This document shows, one piece after another, positions 15,501 to 27,500 of a stretch of DNA of 64,000 nucleotides; positions within the stretch are counted from its first letter, which is position 1, and each line of letters starts with the position of its first letter. Source of the DNA: Phoronis australis (taxonomy: Eukaryota > Animalia > Phoronida). The translations under genes and the position numbers were made by a program. The stretch spans positions 26,313 through 90,312 of the forward strand of contig NMRA01000871.1 in NCBI GenBank assembly GCA_002633005.1, in the 5' to 3' direction. The notes beneath the pieces were generated by a model. That model was not told where the DNA came from and did no database searches. It worked only from the letters and a program-made list of their open reading frames with translations.

Positions 15501-18500
15501 AGGGAAAGACCACAGCCTACAATATACCACTTCACAGACAGGTATGGCCTTTTTTGATCGATATCAAAATTACTGTCCCGAGGACATCGCGTTGCTTCAT
15601 TTACCTGCTTAAGTGCTGTGTCCCGTTTCCTGCTGCTATTGCTGTAGTTAGAGTGTGGATACCACAATTTGTTAAGTCAAAGGTTTGATCTTATGCGCAT
15701 TAATTCACCTCGGTGCATAGCACATGGAATGTAATTATCTTTTCGTGTTTCCCTGCACAATATTTTCGGTTTTGCAGCACCGTCAGCGCCGCCACAAAAC
15801 GCAAATGTGGTGGATACACGGAATACGTCACTGTCCTTTTCATGGAGTGAAGTCGAATGTGTTAAAAGAAATGGAGAAATCAGCACCTACAGATATCAAA
15901 TACGCAACGACAACGGTTTGTGCGTTGTGGCTAAAGACTTTGTCAATGAAACAGTTAGTCGCAACGTTACTTTTGTGAAGCTAACACCTTACACCACGTT
16001 TGAGTTCAGAGTTCAGGCGATGGTAGAAAAGCTGGCTGGTCCCTGGACGGCGTGGACGAGCGTGACAACTAACCAAAGTGGTAAGTTGGAATGTCGCCAT
16101 TTGGCTGCGTATCGATTGACAAAATGCCACGGTAGACGGCATGATGAAACTTACCAAGAGTAGGAATGTGCTTGGAATGCTCAGTGGTTCATTTGAAAAT
16201 CCTTTGTTAAACGAGTGTGAAGATGTACCGGAGTGATGTGGTACATACAGCTATCATCACTTTATCGTCATTTACTCAAAAACTTTCGAAGATTAAAAAT
16301 GTTGTACATTCAAAAGTATTGAGATATGTCGTTAAAGTTTTGCACAAATAATTTTTTCAAGTCTTCTCTTACGAATTTGTGACACCAAAATGAAAACGCA
16401 AGTAGCTGTTGTAGAGAAAATAAGTTCGCATTCAATACACTGCGCTATCACAATGTCTCATATACACTAACAGTGTGTTTGGCATGCACAATATCATATT
16501 ACAGTTGTCAGTAGGATATGTTGATTCAATTAAGCATGAAGGTTACAGTTGCTTCAATGACAATAATTAAGTACCTATAGGTGTTTGCAGAATCTCTCAA
16601 TTAGGATTGACGTCTTGGAATACATGTGAACCCCGTCATTATCTAATTCAAGCTCTTGATGCAATTGTACATACAAAATACTCTTCAAAATTACATGGGA
16701 GATATTAAAATGATAAGTCCTAACGTTTGGGAGATATTTCCTTTCCACGTATCTACACTGACTGCGATGAGAATCTTCAGCAGTCTCTGTGATATATCTA
16801 GCCTGTGCGATACTTCTAACATGGTTCTTTATATAATTTTGAAATACAAATCTTATCGAATTGGCCATACCTATTGTCATATTACTACGTCAAACTTTGT
16901 TTGTTCATGTTTATGTTCATACAACCTTGGAACTCTGTGTTGCATTGAATGCCAAAAGCAATTTTTGCGGTCGTTTTATTAAGTACGGTTGCTGTCGCTG
17001 TATACCACTTATTCACACTGTTGCCATATTAAAAGCGAGCCTCTTTTTAGAGCATTACGAATAATTTGAAAGAAAATTGGAAAATGCTTTGTTTATTTTA
17101 TAAAACAAATTAACAGTTCTCCAAACTGAGAGCTACGTACAATGAAAACATTGGCCGCACTTGACCCATTCCGCTGATCCTGACAAAGCGACAATTTCTA
17201 GTGGCTTAGACATCTTCACCGAGAGCCAGTCCAATGTCTTAGCCGCTTTACCTGGTTGAATCGGCCAAGGCTACTGAGTTTCTGGGCTTTGTGTTTGTTG
17301 TTTTTAAGTCAAATGGAAAATTGGCTGCTTCACGGTTATGAACTGCCTTCTCAGCCATTGACCAAATTATATGGGCTAGGTCGCACAGTAAAAGCTTCCA
17401 AACTTATCCGTTGGAGTCCCAAGAACATTGTATAATGGTACCAATCTCATTCGTGGTGATGTGACAACGTTGTGGCTATCCATTTTATAAATTTTATGCA
17501 ACCTAGTCCAGAATGGAACGTATAACACACTTTACTGGAGCCCACTGGAATGTTTGGGAGTTGCTCACAGCGTCAAACTCGAGCTTGATAACATGCTGTC
17601 TTACATCTATCATGTCATTAGAAATCTATTAGAAATGTTCAAACTACCATTGGCATTACATATGCATGCACAGTGTCAAATGAACGATCGCGCCTCCAAG
17701 AACTTTATGGCTGCCTTATACATGTAAGTGCTGAAACGAAGCAGACAGGCCAGCAGACAGTTCCCTAAATTTCGAAACAGGTGACAAGCATTAACTCGTT
17801 GTTTCCCGTTTTTTTCTCCAATGAAGTTTGTTCTTTACCCTATAACGCTCCATCTGTTTCCCATGACAGTACCCCCAGCACCGTCCGATCTCAAGGTGGT
17901 GGACCATAATCCTAAGGCGTTTAAGCTTTCCTGGAAAGCTCCTTGTCCACCGCGAGGGAAGATCCTTCAATACTTTGTTTCCTATGAGATCACCAACCAG
18001 TCGCGTATTGGTAATCGTGAGATGTTGGAGAAATCCACTGATTGTGGAAACGAAACCTTGGAAAACTGTACGGAAACTACGCTTTACGGTCTTCGCCCTG
18101 ATACAAGATACTTCTTCCGGGTAGGTGTGATCTTATATAAGATGGCAGATGAAGGCGAGCATACAGTGTGGCACTTTAGATCATAGTGACGTGCATCTAC
18201 ATGTACTTTTATAATTGGCCCATACACACACCGGTGATCTCTGTACAAAATGACATATTTGAGCATTAAAAACGCGTTAAGAAACTTCATAAAAGCAATA
18301 GCCCTGTCGATGCTCTTTGAGTGCCACGTTATTATACTGTCAACAAGTGGAAATAGTACCTGGGAAGGTTTCTCACATTGACGACACGTTTTTTGTTAAA
18401 TCACAGTAGGCTGTCAACTTTTTGGACTCGTTTTAATCTCGTCTGAGGTATCGGCCTAAGTTTAAATTGTTTTGTCTCTCGTATTCAGCAATGTAACCTA

Positions 18501-21500
18501 TCGACGTTTTACAGGTTAAAGCATTAACCGTAGATTGGGGTGAATGGAGCAACACTATTGAGGAGATAACAACGGAACTTGGTGAATACTTGTAACTTAC
18601 AACACTTTTCAAAATGAACTGGAGAGTGTCATAATTCGATGACATTGCAATACACAAAGCTGCTTATAAAAATGAATTCCATTTTAGAAGAATCTGTTTC
18701 AATTCAAGTTAAATCTCGACATGTCTTCACATTGTCGAAACACAATCAATCACATTAAAGTCTACTTCAAATAAGAACTAGAGAATAAGCGCAATGATGT
18801 CCATTGAGACTGCGTGAAAATCTACAAAAATACTGTTGTATGACTACAAAGGCTCGCCAGTCTGCACTGTACATGTAGATGGTAACAGGAAATCACAAAG
18901 ACGTTTATGTTTCGAGGTTTTGGGATAAAGTGAAAATACAAGGTTTTCATATTAGGGTAAACGACAACTACTGTCACACAAAGACTGATTAAGCAGTAGT
19001 TTTGCTGAGTATTTAATATGTTTTTTTGTATTGTATTTTAGTCCCTGGTGAACCTGCATCGTTGACCTGCTCGCCACATCTAGAGAAGACTTCAATATCC
19101 ATTAAATGGTCGGAGCCTCTTGTCACCAATGGAAAAATCATAAAATATTTGGTAACTCAGTAATAAAGCACAGTTGTACATTTCTCCGAGCTGGTATTTG
19201 TACAGTAAAAACGTATCACCCCGAACGATTGAAAATGTATTTTGGTGACTCCTTATGGGCAAATATTTGCAACAGACTTTGCATACTAGGTCACTATCAC
19301 TCAAAACACCTTGGTGTTTCTGCAACATCATATTTCCCCTCGGAGGAGGACGTTATTTGCATATGCATGTCATTGAGCAAACCTCAGTCACCGGCATCTG
19401 GCCAATCAAACAAAGATTTGAAAGTCATGTGACTAAATTCAATACTTGGGCTGATAATGTTCGTCGTTTAGGTTTCGACAATACTCGCGGTGTGCGTGGA
19501 AATACTTTTTTGTTCCTTTTAGGTGGTTGGGTCCAATATGTACGATGTCACTTCAATATTTAACTTTTTGTAAGAATGTGCTGTGTGCAGGTGCACGTTG
19601 TTACAGCGTACAGAATTGTCAAAAGTTGAAAATTGCGACAATTTAGGTCAGGCTGCAGGCCAAAATTGTGGCAATTTGCTCAAATTGTCACAATGATATT
19701 TCCTTTTGAAAATGTGGACCTGCACATTGCTTTATTCTTATGGTCTGACGGCGCAACTCTACGCAAATGTTACATGTTGGTAAGTTCAGTGCACGAGTAC
19801 TTTGCAACGTTATTAGCAATGTTATGCCGGTTATGAATGATGATTTCAGGTAGAATTACTATCACCGCAAAAAAGCTTAGTTTCCCATAAATTCAACGCA
19901 GATTTACCAGATCTTGCTGCTGGTAAATCTTACAAGATCTTCGTGTATGCGTTCACGTCAGTCGGGAAAGGACCATCCGCCAGTATAACGTGTTGGACTG
20001 CACTGCCAGGTAAAGCGCCGGTCGCAGTAAACTTTGAACATTCTGCTCAGTGTTTGCATTGTGAAGTTCACTTCTAATTGTGAATTTCAGAAACTCCGGG
20101 CTGTGTGCATCACTTTTCAATATTCTATAGTCGAGTAAGGTGATTGGAATCGCTGGGCAGAAAATTATGTATGTGCAGTACTATATACGCGCACCAAGGG
20201 AGCAAGATGGGCAAAAGGGTCCATCTCAGAGAAACAAAAACTCCGAAAAAATAGAAAACCAGACAAAAAACACTAAAAAGGCAGGAACTACCCAAATTCG
20301 GCGAATGTATAATTAATAGCAAATGTTACAGCTATTATTAAAATCTATTGGTCTATTTACACCGACATCTTGTCTATTTACGTTTGTCAAGACGTTTCGG
20401 TCGTTCTATTCTCATGCCATCGCCAGGTGTCACTGCGTTCTTAGAGGAACGAACACGGATATCTGGAACACTCGTCACATTGGTCGATGAAGGATTTGAA
20501 CCCACGACTTCTTGAAACTACAGACGTTTTGACTCGAGCACCTCAACCACCACACTACGGAGTCATCCGTTTACTTGGAAGGAATTTAATTATACTTAAA
20601 CCTTCCTTAGTAGCCTGAGCGAGGTGTCAGTCGGCTGTTTGCTTGGTTGACTGAAGACATTGCCTGTACTTTCATGAACATGGCTTCCTTATTTTTCTCT
20701 TAGTCCAACCTGTTTCACTGTGTAGTATCCGGATGTCATTCCACTGGATACTGTGTTGTGTCGTCTACATGTGTTCTGCTACTCCTGATGAGGTATTACC
20801 CGCTCTACAACACCTTTTATGTTCAGCAATTCTCGGCTCCAGTGGTTTTAATGTTTCACCAATATACATGTATGATTCACCACAGCCACATGGGATTTCA
20901 TAGATGACATTTCCCCATGTCAGTTCTTGGTTTGAAAAGAAAAATCACACCATGATGAGTGTACCACACTTCCGTGCTCGTTCTTCTAAAAACGCAGGAG
21001 CACCTGATGATGGCCGCAATATAGAACAACCGAAACGCCTTGTCAATGTAAATACACAAGACTCCGTGTGAACAGGCCAAGAGTTTTTAATAATAATGTT
21101 GTAATACGCCATCACCTCAGAGCCGTTTTAGCCAGCCATTCCCCAAAAGTTACAAGTTCTCAAAAATTCGAGCTCCCCACTTTTAGGCTGGGTGCGCTTA
21201 TGCACTACATATAAAATCTTCAATTTCATTTTCAAATGTCGCAGAAAGATGACGAAAGTATCTGAATAATTACACATTCGAGAGATGCATATAGTTTATT
21301 ACATTGCACGGCTGTGATTTTCAGTAACGTGATTTTAATTTATTATGAAAACTTTGGTGAACTAATGCAAACCTCATTATTATTCGATCACAGGATCATC
21401 TTGTTTTCAAGCCTTTACCCAGGAATAATTTTAGAAGTGCGTAGCTCGGGCCAACGGGCTCATTTAAAGGTTAAACAAAAATAGGCAAAAAAGTTACATG

Positions 21501-24500
21501 GCTGAAGGTCTTCCAATTTGGCCCATACACTCGACGCCTTCTGGATTAATTCACCCATATCCACGTCTTTGCAAATGTATCCTTGATTCTCTACTGCGTT
21601 ACATGTACCTGCAGCGGAGTTCGATTGTCCTATAATGGCATTTTTATACGGATTTTGACGTCACGTTTGTTTTAAATAACCATTAAATATGAACTACCAA
21701 GTAAATGCATACTGCGACAAGACTTTGCAGTTCATATCGTCATGCAAACGGTGTGTTTATAAAGGTTATTTGTCCGTTGTATTACCGCAGAATGATTTCT
21801 TTCCCACTTTATATTGACTGTTCAATTGTCTATTTGGAGCATGCCGGAAGTTTGTTCGGCATCTCACCGCAATGTAACACTGTAGATTAAAATTCACGGA
21901 TATGTAATAATCTTCTCATTATTCTTTCTTTTTCCAGATGTTCCAAAGATTCAAATACCTAAAATCAGAGACGATGATATGACGGACCACAGCGTCAAGG
22001 TGAATTTGGTGCCTCCGAGCGACTATCCAAACTTTCGCGATATCAAGTAAGGATTTTGGGTCCATTTTTTCTAGAAAGCGTCTAACGGCAGATTGAACCA
22101 GAGACGGTAGTAAGCACGTTTTACAGGCGAATGCAACGCCGTTTGTTTTATGAAATTTACATGGTGTGAGTAATGTATAATGCTAGGTTTTCTTAATCAG
22201 CATTAAAGGTGTTCGACACAGACTGCCAAATTAAAAAAGGGTTTGTCCGATTTTTAATTTACGACATTTTTTAATTTTCATATTCTGTATGATTGACTTA
22301 GCCTACTGCAAATATATGTAAAATTAGAGTGTCTGCGAATGCGTTTTCGTGTTTAGCAGCCTAAACAGGGACACTTCTAGCCATGGGTTGTGTATTAATT
22401 TCGCTGCACTATGTCTGATGTTTTTTTGCGCTTTCATCATAAAATTTCGGATGACAAATTTTAACGCTGGCGTATGCAAACGTATTTGAGTACCTCAAAT
22501 TTCAACGTTTAGGCGTGTACACAAAAATTACACTTTTGTTTTTAGTCCTTTGTTTAATTGTGATGCCCTTTGTATTTCTTAGGAAATAACACACAATTAG
22601 AAGGTTCCCTCTATATTAATCTTTTACGGTTGTGTAGAAAAAATAACAAAACTCTGAACAAGCGATTTCAACGAGCTTACTCTTCGTTTGAAGGCCAAGA
22701 CAATTCATTTCAAGGCCCTAAAGTTATAAAAGGAATTAAGTTACGCATACTCAAGAAATAACGTAAACCGTGAAATATGGAAAGCTGTTAAATTGAAAAT
22801 CAGATATCTTCCATCGAAATTAATCCATTTTCAAAAATTATTTCTGTCATGTAAAATGTATCTTTGCAAGAGGTTCACCTATTTGTATAATTGTTGCGAA
22901 GATAATTCGGTGAACCCCCACTTTTTAGATTTGTAGTAGGCAAGTAGCAGACAACAAAATATTGAACTTAAAAAATCAAATATGAATTAAAATTGTGTCG
23001 AACCTCCTTCGTCAAAAACTACCCCCACGAGTTACGTTTCTGAGCTTCGTTCGGAAGTCATGTCTTCTTAGCTATGACCGGGCATGCATGGCCTCTCTAC
23101 TTGCATTGCAATATGACCACGTGCAGATTCTGAGTGGTATTGCAAAAGTTGTATAAACTCATCTGAACGACAATCCAACCATTTAAAGCAGAACATGTTA
23201 TGCAAACGGGTTCAGCCATTACGCGATTTCTTGTGATCACTAAGTCGTGCATAAAGCGCATATAAGGTTATTTAGGACCTTTATATGATTACTTGGATTG
23301 TTCTGAAACCCCCTAGACCCCACACCAAACAACTCCTTCGACCCGCGACCCCCTCTACCCTCGAACCCGACGACCCACGACCCCCACAACCCACGATACA
23401 CAACCCTCCCGACACAGTCTACACAAGCTTGAATACATCTGAACTTAGAACAAGCTCTGAATTGCAGGATCAAAGAGTTGGGTCGTGTGCTCGGCTGAGT
23501 TTTCCCTGTTTTTAGCAATTAGAAGAGTCTATCTGGCAAGTTGGAAGGCCAAAAACAGAAGAAGAAAAAACAACGCGATCAAATCAAATCAAAGACCTAC
23601 CAAAGTACAGATATCGTATCCGCAGAGTTTGATCGTCTTGTCTGCTCTTCAGTAAATCGCAGATTTAAGGTTCATTCCGGAGAGTGCCGGGAACCGAAAA
23701 AAATGCAATTTCATCAGTAAATACAATTTGAAAATCATACTTTTACCTAAAAAGAATTTCAACATGATATGCAGAATACTGTAAACAAGTAGAAAACAGA
23801 AAACAAATAATAAAAATGTGAAATTTTGTACATTCATGTTAGCGTAATCTCTCCCTAAGTTTAGTAGAACTGGGCCATTAGTAGCCGCTCGTGGAACTAT
23901 TTCCGTCGGAACAATATCGCTCTCACAATGCGCTATTTCAGATCACAATGTCACGCCACTTGCTATTTTTAACACCGTACTTGAGTCCGAACAGCTTGGC
24001 CTGTAGGTATGTCTTATGGCAAAGCCACTCAACGATCCGTAATAAGATTATGAAATATGTAAAAATCGAAAAAATATTTCTATTGTCACTGGTTCTGGAT
24101 CGAGGGTGTCGTGGATCGAGAGGGTTGTGGGTCGAGAAGGTCGAGGGTCGAGGGGGTTTCAGAACAATCTCCTTTAATAAGCCAAATACCATCAACACCA
24201 TAGATTTTAAATTAGTAATGGTATATATATTCAGAAAGTTTTAACCTTGTTGAATGATTTTTGACAATTGTATTAATTCACCATTTAATTGGGTAACTCT
24301 GTTTTCGTTTTTAGAAAATTTCGCCAAGAATCACAGGTTCATTCACACAAAAACAACATGTAAATTCCTTTTGGTAAAACTATTCAAGAAAAGATATCAA
24401 AAACGCTGTAGCGCTTTCCTTTTTCTCAAAAAATTACAGGAGTCCAGTTTATTACAATCCCTGGCCTCATTCTAAAGTGGCCATTTTGAAGTCAAATCCT

Positions 24501-27500
24501 AACGCTGTTTTGAAAATCACAACGTGAAGCATAGTATATGAAAGTTTGACTTGAATCCGACCAACCATTTCAGGCATATGTTATTTCAACGTTGACCAAA
24601 TCTGCACAGTGGTCAAGGGTCCTACATACCATTAAGCATTTGAAGTACAGGTTAGCCTGGTCCTTAGGCGTTTCGACTGTCCTTTTTATGTGTATTACGA
24701 ATTCTTCAGAATACAATGAATATACATAACCCCGAAAGTGCCAAGAGGCATTAGATTTGGGTTAAAAATACAAATAAGTCTATATAGAATTATTATACGA
24801 CTGTCCTCAAGGGTTGGAGAAACAGTACTTTACTAATGCTGCATATCTTGATTAATTGGCATTTGCAGGGAAAAACACTTAATTTAAATGACCAAATAAG
24901 TACACATTTTTATTTGAAGGCTTGGGTTTATGTTTCAGGTTTTATCTCATAGTCGTCGAGAGAATGAGTTTGTTGCCTATGCGACGACGAAGGTCCGTTA
25001 AATTAGACAGTAGTTCTTTGAAGGGGTACTCTGTCTCTGCGCAAAAGTACATTACAGCAAATATTACGAGTTTAGACGGAGAATTGTCGTTTGTAATCGG
25101 AGACGGACAGGAATCCAACGGTTACAGAAATCAGGAGTTAAACACTGGGAAGCAATACCGGTTCATCTACGGTTTTGTCACCGAAAATGAAGGCGTAAGT
25201 TTTAAGACAGTTTCAACTTATTCTGATTGGTCATGTCAACTTTCATGTGTGAACCAAGGGTATCGTTCATGGTAATTAGTAACTGTTTACATTCTGCCAC
25301 ACAGCACCGCGTCGGCTTTAGGAATAATTCCGGTCTAGTTGCCTAGCTCTCCACTCTACTATACTTTGACGTGCATCACCAGAATATGCCATTCCTTCTT
25401 ATTGATATAGGACAAGAAAGAGTATTACCAGTACATACCGTTTGAGGGCGTGGCTGAGGAGGAGGCTTACACAGGTACAGATATATAGATTGTGTTGAAG
25501 GTGGTACTCGACAGTTTGTCTGGTTTTGGACCAGGTCGTGGCAGATTCAACACTCGTTTTCACAGAGTGTACAGTGAACAGTATGCTAGGCCAAAGGCTT
25601 CAAAAACATTGCAAAAATTCCTTTAAAACTGTTTCCAATGTACATGTAAAAATATTCGATTTTTTACAACTACTTTAAGCTAGTTTTCACCCCAAATTCA
25701 ACATTCTCTTGCGATTACAACAATTTAAGAAATGAAACTTTCAGACTGAAAAAATACTTTGAAATGATAGAAATCAATTGAAAAATGAATGTTGATCGTT
25801 TGGATTTCAAAGAAATCTATCGTGTCTGGAAATTATCTGAATGTCTTTTTACAATGCAAGCTATGACTATTGATGGAAAGTCGCGTAGTTAGCAAAACGT
25901 TATAAAGGATCTACGACTTTAACGCAGATCAGGGTCAAATATCAAGAAATCGCCATCTGTAATCTTCACATACTGCCCTAACAAATCAGCAGCTGGCAAT
26001 TTTGATAAAAATTGGGTCCTGAATTCACCTGTGGTTCAGAACCACAGATGAGTGTAGGTGTTTATTTGTGGTCTGTACTTGAAAAATTTGCTATGGGGAA
26101 TTTTCGCTTAGAGACATAAAGCCAGACACGATCAGTTTTAATTGGGTTTGCCTATCCTTACAACAGTGTGTGGCTTCATGTCAGTTAGTTTGATGATACA
26201 AACCCTTCAGCTTTGCTGTTACATCATTGGGTATGTGACTGGTTGAGAATCTTATGGAAATCGTTACTGCTCGTAAAATCCAAGGGCATCAACTTTCACA
26301 CATACACTTGATACACCGCTGGACAAGTCGCCGTCAGACGCTAACTGTATTCCGTGAAATAGTTACTTTATTTTAAAGCAGCTTGCAGTAAATGTTCGTA
26401 ATCATTTGCTTACAAGTACACAATTTTTAAAGGCATTTGCCTTATTCCATACTTTGTTGTTCGTTTTATTTCCGGCTACGTGTTTTACTTGCGTAATTTC
26501 GTATGTTGTTTCTGTTCTGGGAGACTGTTTCGTATAGAATGAAACCGCAGACACGTGGTTTCAGTAATTGATTTCTTACAATATGTTATCCCCCTCTTTG
26601 CTTACATCAGGGGCGGATCCAGGATTTTGAGGTGGGGGGCACGTCAGAGTATCAGCCAGGATTTCGCTCGTCAGGCGTTCGCGCCCCCGAACTGCCAAAT
26701 GGATCTACCAGAATTTTAGGGGGGCCATGGCCCCTTGACCCTCCTCTAAACCCACCACTGTACATTGATCGGATGTTTTGCAATGGGAACGAGGGAAGAC
26801 AATATAATGCGTCATTGCCAAAACAATCTTAATAGGGGTGCACACGACCTGAGCAAACGCAGTTCGTCAATGATTTTTTTGTGTCAGTGACGCAGGGCAC
26901 GGCCCTGAAATATCCCTGCTCACCAACTCGATTTTATCGATGCTGTACATGAGGGTTCACCCATCAATACATTTATTGAGATTGATTCATTTTTTATGAT
27001 TGAAAGTGCCGGAACCTTTTACTACCGCAGCGATTTGGTGAATTAAATTTACACATAGCATGCCCGCAGTCACCCGCACTGTAGTAACAGAGTCGCTTTA
27101 GTTTGGTGTATTTGTATCTTATTTAACATATAGCAACAGTATTTTGAATTATCGACATTGCATTTTAACTGTTACACCCAATGCATTACAATTTCCATCC
27201 TCAAACCTGCCTTCATTATCAGCTCTCTTTATAGTGAAAAATTGGAAGAAAGAACGGGAAAACACCACTATTGGTGCAGTGGTAGGCACCGTAGCCGCAG
27301 TCATTTTGGTAATAGCGATCGCCGGCTTCGTGTTTTATAGGTAAGCAAAACACTCGTCTCATAGGCGCGCTTGTATGTTCCTCTGTCGTTGTTCGATTGT
27401 GAGCAGAACGTACGCAAGTTATACTCATATTGCGCAATCATCTTCCTCGCTTCTTCGACCCGTCTGATATCTGAAGACATCAATGTTGTGAAAAGTCGTC

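Noticed and set aside
15221-15667. 148-aa minus-strand ORF and similar antisense ORFs over exons (e.g. 61432-61770, 63359-63619)
   Set aside because: These are shadows of plus-strand coding exons, with no recognisable motifs.
20480-20560. tRNA gene candidates (also about 2350-2395, 3750-3830 and 27935-27995)
   Set aside because: Only A/B-box-like remnants with no complete cloverleaf; better explained as SINE heads.
23285-23515. Pro-rich ORF
   Set aside because: It derives from the CGACCC subterminal repeats of a TIR element.
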